NCBI RefSeq assembly: GCF_041956535.1
Contig: NW_027192192.1
Coordinates: forward strand, 1,149,980-1,213,979
Direction of reading: 5' to 3'
DNA from: Calcarisporiella thermophila CBS 279.70
Lineage: Eukaryota > Fungi > Calcarisporiellomycota
DNA: 64,000 nt
Part shown: in pieces, positions 12,721-21,758 of the stretch
Numbering within the stretch: the stretch's first letter is position 1
Layout of the letters: each line of letters starts with the position of its first letter
Notes under the pieces: generated by a model
The model's database searches: none
Told to the model about the DNA's origin: nothing
The model's input: only the letters and a program-made list of their open reading frames with translations
Translations under genes and position numbers: made by a program

Positions 12721-15401
12721 ACATCCTCCTCAATCATGTAGACAAGGCTCTATCTACTGAAGCTCGTGGAAACCTGGAAGAACCCATCAGCGAAGAGGAG
12801 GTGAGGAGAGCCATTCGACTGGCTCCAAAGAACAAATCGCCCGGCCCGGACGGAATAACGGCGGAATTCTACCGAGCCTTCGAGGATGAGCTTGCCCCCA
12901 CGATGCAACGACACTTTAACGAGGCCCTCACGACGGACAACCCCATAAACTTTTCGAAGAAAGCAACGATTGTCCTAATCTACAAGAGGAAAGGAGATGC
13001 TGAACTACTAAGCAACTGGTGACCGATATCTCTCCTCAATGTGGACATCAAGCTCCTGACGAGAATACTCGCGTGGAGAATACAGAGAGTAATCGCGTCG
13101 ATCATCCATCCCGACCAATGTGGCTTCGTCCCGGGACGTCAGGCACAGGAGAACGCCCTTACCATACACCAGACAATAGAATACGCAGCGAAAGAAAAGT
13201 GCTAAGGGACACTCTTGTTTCTTGACCAAGCGAAAGCCTACGACCGAGTAAGCTGGCGCTGGATGCAACAATGCCTGGAAAAATTCAACTTCGGTCCACG
13301 GTTCCGATCCTTCATCCAGCGCTTACACAGCGGATATCAAGCATCGGTGTCCATAAGTGGAACGCTCACAACTCCATTCCCAATTACAAGAGGGGTGAGA
13401 CAAGGCGACCCCCTATCCCCATATCTCTACAACATCACTGTTGAACCCCTGCTTATGACAATCAGGAGCAAGATACGGAGAATAGCTATCCCAGGACTCC
13501 CTCGGCCTACCACGACATTCGCGTACGCAGATGACCTGACCGTAGGAGTGGCTGACCAACAAGATGTCACCATTCTCTACCAGTTCATAGACACTTACTC
13601 GCGAGCGGCCGACGCGAAAATAAACATTGACAAAACGGAGGCCGTAGCACTTACACCCGCTGCCCGCACCTCCATCGACCCTGGATGTGAATACATACCT
13701 GCGGGGGGAGCAATCACATGCCTCGGCATCCCAATCTATCTTCCGTCAGCAGTCAACCCCACCCTCATGCCAGGACACCCAAGTGAGGCATACTACACGA
13801 GCCAATTATCGAAACTGAGGCAGATGATCCAATCTTGGAAACTCAGCCTCATAGGGAAAGTCCACCTGATCAACTCCCGGCTCCTATCCAGGATATGGTA
13901 CGTCGCCACAGTGATCCGCCCTCCTGAACATTTATTCAAAGAACTGGACACAATTGTACGACAATTTCTATGGGATGGACGAGGGCCGCAGATCAGCCTC
14001 AGTCTCCTGTCTAAAACACGAGAGGAGGGAGGCCTAGGTCTCATTCTCCCTAGACAACAAACAAGTGCCTTACTCGCATCATGGTTCCCCAAACTCGCAA
14101 GAGAGATGAAGAAGCCAACATCGGACCCGACGGTATCCCTATGGGCAAGCATCTCACTTCTCAACTTGACAGGAAAGTATGCACCAGAAGGCTACGGCAC
14201 AGCCATCTTTGCCACCACGTTTTCCACGGTCAAACTCAAACGCAAAGGTGAGTTCTGGTTTAACCTGTTCCAAGCGTGGCACACGCTCGGAGGCAGTCCA
14301 GTGGCATCACCAAACTGGACTGCAACTGATGTCCTGTCCCTACCTCTCTACAAGTGCCCTCTAATCACAAACGAGGGCCGGCAGATGGAGGAGCCAAAAC
14401 CCCCAACACCGCCATACTTGCTCAATGAGGTTCTTACTTTTGTACGCTGGGGAGGACAAACCGAGTGCAGATCGCTCCATACTCAGGCTTTATTTGACGG
14501 GAATATTGGAAGACAATCGGAAATGGAGCGTAGATACTCTGCGTATCCCACTGAAAAGCTAAGGAACGCGTGTCGCCGTCGTTACTGCAGCTACTCTCAC
14601 AGATGGGACTACGGGTATCTTAACCTACCCCCGAGTTTAGTTGCAAAGGTCACGGAGTGCACTGACATACCGCAACAACACCCTCACCCCTGTTTCCCAC
14701 TCTATCATTGCCACCTGGCCGGCAGGCCCATAGCGGAATACTCTACCCGACATGGACGTCACTTCAGGCGCAACGGCTCTTTAGAGCCGAACATACTGGT
14801 GCCTCAATCCTGGCCCGAGGCTGGATCTACGCCCGAAGATTGGAAGAAAATCTGGACCCTCGTTCACAAACGCCCCACTCTCTCAAAGCACCGTGCGCTA
14901 CGCTGGCGAATTCTTGTGGAACGAGTGATCACTAACTCGACATTTCCCGGTCACGACCCGAAGTGCATCCAATGCAACGCTTCGAGAGACACAATTCGCC
15001 ATACATTCTTCGATTGTCCTGAACTCACGCCAGTGTGGCAATGGGCGGAGAGGTGCATCGTCACCATCGCAGGGCCCCAGAATACTCAGGTGCTGACTGC
15101 TCGCAACCTCATTTTAGGAGACCTAACGGAATCCTCGAGAACAGCGAGACACGTAGCCCAAATTGTCTTTGACTCCGGGTTATGGCAAATCCACCGAGAC
15201 CGAATTGCCTTCCATTTTGAAAGCACCCGAGCCTCACCCGAAATAATCATCAACCGGGCCAGATTAGATATTGAGGAAGCTATAGGAGCCGAAATAATAC
15301 GAGCACGAAAAAAACAGCAAATCGAACAGTTTCGAAAAAGGTGGTGCAAACTGGGCGCGGTTAGAGAAGGAACGATCGGAGCGGCTCTGATACTGGGATA
15401 A
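12721..15401 (+). pseudogene. LINE ORF2 remnant (reverse transcriptase + CCHC zinc finger); endonuclease lost; two in-frame stops
   Basis: KSPGPDG, NW*PISLLN, LDQAKAYDRV, GVRQGDPLSP, YADD, EGGLGL, CIQC...DTIRHTFFDC. Stops at 13020 (TGA) and 13203 (TAA). Confidence 0.93.
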
Positions 15402-15671
15402 TGCAGTAACCCCTAATTTATCTCCTTCCTACCCTCTACTTCCTTTTTACTCTCCACCCCATATCTCACGTCATTCTTTGATATACAAAGCTAGTTGAGT
15501 CTCACCACTCCTCTACCTTTTGAGCCGAAATCCGGCATGACCACCATTTCAATTCGTTCTAAAATATCCCCTTAAGCTTCAACATTAGTTTCCTCTTCAC
15601 TTTATTGCTTCTATTAATGTAACCATTGTACTTTAGAGTCTTTACAAAGACTCAACATTGATCAAAAAAAA
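12721..15671 (+). mobile_element. 5'-truncated L1/Tx1-like non-LTR retrotransposon (copy 2, ~2.95 kb)
   Basis: RT and zf-RVT coding region, 3'UTR and TTGATC(A)8 end; flanked by T9ACAG on both sides (12708-12720 and 15672-15684). Confidence 0.95.
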
Positions 15672-15692
15672 TTTTTTTTTACAGGAGGGGGA

Positions 15693-15797
15693 TGTAACGT
15701 TGGAAACAGGAGATGTGTGGTAGGAGGGGATTATCTCAACTATCTGAGCGCTATCTCAAGTCGTCTGCTTATCCGTATGCAGATCCGCACTTAAGAT
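15693..15797 (-). repeat. 105-bp inverted copy of the LTR right end (matches 17255-17359)
   Basis: Reverse-complement match with 2 mismatches, read by eye. Confidence 0.93.
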
Positions 15798-16945
15798 GGT
15801 CGATGTATTTACGGGACTACGATTTCGTGGTACGACACCACAAGGGAGCCCTAAACCCAGCAGACGCACTTTCCGGACTACCGGTCAACTTTATCGGTGA
15901 AAATGAAGACGGAGTGGAGATAAACATCGAGGAAGGAAGAGAGAGTAAAGTAGGGGAGAGCGAAGTAGGGGAGAGCGACAGCGACGAAGAAGAGAGTGGC
16001 GATGACGGAGGAAACGGAGGCGAGGATATATCAACTGGCATCAACAGAGAGACACAGGACGATAGCGAACAAAGGCCAAGAGTACGACAAGCGATGGATC
16101 ATGCGAAATGGAGCACAATATACACTTATCTGACCGAGCTGCGATACCCTAACGGCTGCAACGAGAAATTTCGCCGAAAAATTCGGAGGTGGTCAGCAAA
16201 ATACCGAGTGGAGGACGGCAAGCTCTTCCTTCTAAAGACTCATGGAGAGTACCCTATCGAAGTTCTTCACACGGGCAACGTAGTGGATACGGTGCGGAGG
16301 ATTCACCAAGAGGGACACTTCGGCATTAACAACACCTGGCGCAGAGCGAAGGAACGATTCACTGGACCCCAGCTATTCGAAGTGGTTGAGAGGATAGTCA
16401 AATGCTGTGACCGTTGTCAAGAGCGGAGGAACCGAGAAAAGACGGAAGAAATGCGACCGATAGAAGCGGGAAGGGTATTTGACATAGTGGGTATTGATGC
16501 AATCGGGCCGCTTCCAGTAACTCGGAGGGAAAATCGTTACATATTGGTCACGATAGACTATGTTAGCAGGTATCCTATGGCACGAGCGGTACCCAGCATC
16601 AGAACAGAAGATACGATCGATTTCATATTTCAAGAGGTAATATCTCACTTTGGATGCCCTCGGCAACTAATATCTGACAGAGGGACCAACTTTCTGAGCG
16701 AGTTAATGGTACTGAGAGTCTTAGGGAAAGGAGCGTATATCCTTAGAGACGCAGCCGGCGCAACACTTCAGACTCCTGTCAACGGCCCAGAACGGGACGT
16801 GGGTATTCAACGATCAAAGGGAGATTCACCTAATTGATGATGGGGACACTGGGGATTACGAGGAGGCGCTTAGAAAATGGTTCGAAGAACTGTTTTCCGA
16901 AGAAGAGGCCGCTACGGGGACGCTAGCTTTATATGAGGGGGGATC

Positions 16946-17359
16946 TGTTACGACGAGAATAGGGTAACGTGGAGCATAAGTTTGTGACGGCGTTTTTGGG
17001 ATTCGATATCTTTCAAAGAAGATGCATATTTTAGTTTTACTGAGTATTACCATTTTAGTTTTATTGAGGATTTTTCTTTGTTTTATTGAATAGTAGCAAC
17101 AGCTATAGTCCTATTGAATATTGAGCTATTCTTTGATTATTTGTTATGAGTCATAGTTTTATCTAGCATTATTATGAAAAGGGTGATAACTTTTATGTAA
17201 TAAAGTAAGGATTCAAAGTTCTATTTTCTTGATACCAAGTTCTCGGCATCTCCTATCTTAAGTGCGGATCTGCATACGGATAAGCAGACTACTTGAGATA
17301 GCGCTCAGATAGTTGAGATAATCCCCTCCTACCACACATCTCCTGTTTCCAACGTAACA
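16946..17359 (+). repeat. LTR (414 bp), TGTTACG...CGTAACA
   Basis: Directly follows the polypurine tract; has 7-bp terminal inverted repeats with TG...CA ends. Confidence 0.85.
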
Positions 17360-17380
17360 GGAAACAAAGGGGGTGGCAAA

Positions 17381-17458
17381 GGGGGTGGGGTAGCTTAGTG
17401 GTAAGCGCTCCTCGATGCCATCGAGATGGCGCGGGTTCGAATCCCGTAGCCCTCACCA
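17381..17458 (+). pseudogene. tRNA-Gly(GCC)-like pseudogene with encoded CCA
   Basis: A-box TAGCTTAGTGG, anticodon arm CTCG-ATGCCAT-CGAG, T arm GCGGG-TTCGAAT-CCCGT, 3' AGCCCTC-A-CCA. The acceptor 5' strand is disrupted by extra Gs. Confidence 0.7.
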
Positions 17459-18738
17459 GCACAAACCTCACCAGCACAAAAAAAGTGTCTTGATTCTCCA
17501 CTAATTCTGTGCCTTGTTTGTCGTATCTATATTCTCTATCAGCATTATCTACCTTTTCCAGTCTGGTTCTCTACAATTACTCTCTCCGTCCTGTCGTGTC
17601 GGGCTCTTCCTCTAGTATTGCCTCTGTCTTGTCGTGCCTGGTCTTTCCATCGTTACTGTCTCTCATTACTGTCCCTCGCTTGCCGTACCTGTCGTGTCTG
17701 GTTTTTTATACTTGTTGTGTCTGGTTTTCTCTGCTCGTCGTGTCTGATTACTCTACAATTTCATTTTCTTAATTGTTCTCTAACTTCTGCCAGCAATTGG
17801 CTATAATCTGCACAAAGATATATGACCTTTGATTCACCTTCAACGATTAACTTCATGAGGATACTTTTCAGTAAAGATCCGTAGCTTCAAAAAAAAAAGT
17901 GTGATGGGTTCGATTCCCGGTGATGGCACCGGTACTAGAGATGTGACCGGGACATACTCTAGGAATTGAACTATAAGCTGCTTCGCTACGACTCCTCCGA
18001 AATGCAGTATAATACTCAATGTTACTTCTCCATATATACTTCTTATTCTTTGGATACTGGTAGACAACAGAAAAACAAGAAATTCCATGCGAATTGGGGG
18101 TGTACAAACCTTTCATTTAGCTTGTATAGGAGATTTTTCAATAAGATCCTTTAAAATAAATACATCCACATCACATCTTTGCGCTAAATCTCGAATAAGT
18201 AGGCCAGGAGCATTATCTGGGTGATTTTGACGTAGAAGTCTACCCTACTGTTCATATGTATAGGGATCACTTTTAATAAAATCATGTGAAATGATAAAAA
18301 ACAATTTTTTTACAACCACTTGGTTTTATCAGACCTTCCCATAGCAATTAAAGGACAATGGATAAAAACACAGAGGAAAAATGCTGGAGAACATGGAGAA
18401 CAAAAATGGATACTTTTTTTGTAAATACCCTCCTGACAAAAAAAACTTTGATCATTTTTTTATCTTTATTTCTTTAACTGATCCAGTGAGAATATTTATT
18501 ATTTTACGATGATTATTACAGCAATCTTTTTCTGTTATAACTTTATTATATTGAGATGATACTGTTTTATTACTTTTATTATCAATATTTTCCCTATGTG
18601 ATACGTTAACAACAGTATTAAAGACCGATATTTCATTTACAATAAAGATGTGCTTTTATTATTATCCGATTACATGACTATCCTTTGCATCGTCTAAGAC
18701 TGCTCAAGTGGTGAATATAGAGCGATAGAGAGAGAAAT

Positions 18739-18993
18739 CATCAAAGGACGCGAGGACTTGCATCCTGTGGTTTATTTAAACTATATTACATGTGAGGGAG
18801 TCTTCTGAACAAGATTGTTAGGTACAAGAAAACACAGGAAAATGCTTAGAGTTCCGTACTTGAAAGGGTCAGATTAGGTATTTTTTACTTCCTCGAGATC
18901 GAAAACTACTGCTTGGTTATCATCGATCCGGATTAGCAAGTTCTTTCCTCATTCCTACTTTAAATTTTCTTGAGCTTTATTCCTCTGAGGGGG
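18739..18993 (-). mobile_element. Degenerate 3' end of a second non-LTR family (unit A)
   Basis: Diverged tandem homologue of 19008-19228. Minus strand reads ...LK*E*GKNLLIRIDDNQAVVFDLEEVKNT*, then AATAAA, a hairpin and TTTGATG. Confidence 0.55.
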
Positions 18994-19007
18994 CAAAATC
19001 CAAGCCT

Positions 19008-19228
19008 TTTTTATTTTCCTCTAAGGACGCGAGAACTTACGTCCTGTGGTTTATTTAATATATATTACAAATGTGAGACATGCTTCCGAACAAGCTTATT
19101 AAGTACTAGAAAACATGAGGATATAATTTAAAGAGTTCCGTGCTTGGAAATGTCGGATTAGGCGTTCTTTGCTTCCCCGAAATCGAGGACTACCTCTTGG
19201 CTGTCATCGATCTAGATTAGCGAGCTGA
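19008..19228 (-). mobile_element. Degenerate 3' end of a second non-LTR family (unit B)
   Basis: Minus strand: SLI*IDDSQEVVLDFGEAKNA*, AATAAA, hairpin, decayed A-tail. Flanked by direct repeat CAAAATCCAAGCCT (18994-19007 and 19229-19242). Confidence 0.65.
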
Positions 19229-19243
19229 CAAAATCCAAGCCTC

Positions 19244-20217
19244 TTTTTTTTTGATCAACCTACGGAGACTTTTATTAGTTTCCGTAGCTTACAAGAGTTT
19301 AATGATTACAATGAAATAAGAAAAGGGGGGAATAAAGGGTAAATTAGATGTATATAGTGATCGGGTATTTGGTGAAAGGTATGAGGTAAAGAGGAGGGGA
19401 GGAGGGAAAGAGCGGATTGGGAGAGAGGAAGGGTTGCTTCGTCACTCCAGTTTTAGTANNNNNNNNNNNNNNNNNNNNNNNNNNNNNNNNNNNNNNNNNN
19501 NNNNNNNNNNNNNNNNNNNNNNNNNNNNNNNNNNNNNNNNNNNNNNNNNNNNNNNNNNNNNNNNNNNNNNNNNNNNNNNNNNNNNNNNNNNNNNNNNNNN
19601 NNNNNNNNNNNNNNNNNNNNNNNNNNNNNNNNNNNNNNNNNNNNNNNNNNNNNNNNNNNNNNNNNNNNNNNNNNNNNNNNNNNNNNNNNNNNNNNNNNNN
19701 NNNNNNNNNNNNNNNNNNNNNNNNNNNNNNNNNNNNNNNNNNNNNNNNNNNNNNNNNNNNNNNNNNNNNNNNNNNNNNNNNNNNNNNNNNNNNNNNNNNN
19801 NNNNNNNNNNNNNNNNNNNNNNNNNNNNNNNNNNNNNNNNNNNNNNNNNNNNNNNNNNNNNNNNNNNNNNNNNNNNNNNNNNNNNNNNNNNNNNNNNNNN
19901 NNNNNNNNNNNNNNNNNNNNNNNNNNNNNNNNNNNNNNNNNNNNNNNNNNNNNNNNNNNNNNNNNNNNNNNNNNNNNNNNNNNNNNNNNNNNNNNNNNNN
20001 NNNNNNNNNNNNNNNNNNNNNNNNNNNNNNNNNNNNNNNNNNNNNNNNNNNNNNNNNNNNNNNNNNNNNNNNNNNNNNNNNNNNNNNNNNNNNNNNNNNN
20101 NNNNNNNNNNNNNNNNNNNNNNNNNNNNNNNNNNNNNNNNNNNNNNNNNNNNNNNNNNNNNNNNNNNNNNCTCCCTGTCGGGTGGAGTATTCCGGGACGG
20201 GCGCGCCAGCCAGGTGA
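19244..20217 (-). mobile_element. 5'-truncated L1/Tx1-like retrotransposon (copy C) spanning an assembly gap
   Basis: 5' end encodes HLAGAPVPEYSTRQG (copy 2: HLAGRPIAEYSTRHG); ORF ends LKLE* (copy 2: LILG*); 3' end TTGATC(A)9. A 17-bp TSD GACAAAATCCAAGCCTC lies at 19227-19243 and 20218-20234. Confidence 0.9.
19459..20170. other. Assembly gap (N-run) inside LINE copy C
   Basis: Run of N. Confidence 1.
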
Positions 20218-20303
20218 GACAAAATCCAAGCCTCCACCCAAACCCTACTGCGCCATAAATTCATATTTTACCAACTTTTCTTGCAACAAGCTTGCAAATG
20301 ATT

Positions 20304-20375
20304 GGCTCAATGGTCTAGTAGTATGATTCTCCGTTCGGGTCGGAGAGGTCCCGGGTTCAATTCCCGGTTGAGCCC
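20304..20375 (+). tRNA. tRNA-Pro(CGG)
   Basis: GGCTCAA...CTCCG-TTCGGGT-CGGAG...CCGGG-TTCAATT-CCCGG-TTGAGCC-C; oligo-T terminator at ~20403. Confidence 0.92.
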
Positions 20376-20546
20376 GAAAGTATAACTTTCTATAAACGAA
20401 AATTTTTTTAAAAAAAAAAATAATTTATAAAATAGTAAGACGATATTCCAACATCACAGAAAAGTGCTTAGAGCAAAAAAAATATATATATACAAGCCAA
20501 GGAAATAAAATATTGGTCAATTTTTGGTATCTTTTCGTTCTCTTCT

Positions 20547-21758
20547 TCACCAATTGGGGCCACGATTGGAAGAATAGTGATTCCCGATATTGTCCGCGGA
20601 GTTGGTGTGATAGCCCTCGAAATGTTGATGCGAAAGGTCATGTGGAGGATGCTGAGTGGGATACTGATATTGCTCTTCCAGCATGGCTGCAAATTCACGA
20701 GGGTCATAAGTTTGGGGGTCGTGTGATGTTGGTGGAGTCGTGTATACACCAGCGGGATATTCTAGATTAGGTGTAACATAGCGCTCTGGTCCGTACCCTT
20801 CGTCCATTGTGCAATAATCCAAGTCCATTTTTTTCTCTGCATCCTGTTCACGTTCTTCCCCCTCAAGCTCATCCACTTCTTCGTGGGCCTCTAGTTCAAA
20901 AGTTCCGTTGGATTGCCCAAACTCCAAGCCAACTCCGTTGGCCGTTTTTGACAGAGTTGGCGCACCAGGCGCGGGTAATGCCACAGCAGAATTAAGATGC
21001 ACGGAGGCCATACTTTCTGTGATTTGATTAGAGACCCGAGGGCGTGGAAGATCAAGACCCTCAGAGGAAAAATCCTTCCAGTTTTGCCAGTTGAAAGTTA
21101 GACTGTTAATAGGGGGACAATGACGTGTATAAGACAAAAGAATGAGGAAAAGGCCCGAGATGAAGTTGAAAATGCCAATGGTAAGGTTGAAGGGGTGTTC
21201 TTGCACTACCAAGCATCCAAAGCTAAGGTTAAGATAGTCGATCAATTAGTTATATGCTTATTGCACTTCTTTCAATAACCTGAAATAGTCTTACAAAAGA
21301 AACAGGAAGCCATGGCCTCGACGCGTGTGTAGAAAGCGGAAGTACTCTTGAACGAGAGCTGGAGCCTTAACTTCGTTGATCACTAAGAGAAAACAAATAA
21401 TGCTTCAAGAAAAGAAAAATGCGAGGTTAGAATACTATAGAGTTAAAATCGGCAAGGTTCCTATTTGATTAGTTGATCAGAGGGCATTCCTCTCGCATAG
21501 AGCATGATGCAAAAGAAGATATCCTACGATCCCCTATAATTTAAAAACAAAATAGAAGACGACGCATTGCGCCTGTTAATCTCCGAATGCAAGATTTCGA
21601 ACTTACCATACATAGATATTCAAAACGATCTGTGCAAAATGACCTGTAACACAATTGATGATGGCAGCAGCAGCGGTGGTAAGAAAGAGGAATACATTCA
21701 GAAAATTGAAGAAGAGCAAAAGTCCATTCTCCAACTTGGTCTTCGACAGCGGCAACAT
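20547..21758 (-). CDS. COPI-associated/Tvp15-like membrane protein with a long C-terminal tail
   Basis: Spliced: MLPLSKTK...IVLNIYVCIICFLLVINEVKAPALVQEYFRFLHTRRGHGFLFLFFGCLVV...; four hydrophobic segments and an FxFL...G.G..F.G motif. Confidence 0.65.

Larger units (their letters stand above)
15693..17359 (+). mobile_element. Rearranged, deleted Ty3/gypsy element: inverted LTR end, RNase H tail and integrase fragment, PPT, 3' LTR
   Basis: RWSMYLRDYDFVVRHHKGALNPADALS (RNase H C-terminus); H..GHFG...CDRC zinc finger; IDAIGPLP, TIDYVSRY and LISDRGTNF (rve core, last catalytic E region deleted); PPT GAGGGGGGA at 16935-16943. Confidence 0.88.

Noticed and set aside
15713-16837. 374-aa ORF as a functional or domesticated integrase
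   Set aside because: It is chimeric: the start comes from the inverted LTR piece, and the catalytic core is deleted after DRGTNF.
17516-17747. CRISPR-like repeat array
   Set aside because: Repeats are short, degenerate and irregularly spaced; the context is eukaryotic and there are no cas genes.
19344-20264. Long ORFs in the ORF track at 19.3-20.3 kb and 58.8-59.9 kb
   Set aside because: They are artefacts of N-runs.
21403-21600. Possible AT-AC (U12-type) intron in the Tvp15-like gene
   Set aside because: A single GT-AG intron gives a sensible in-frame product; AT-AC options do not.
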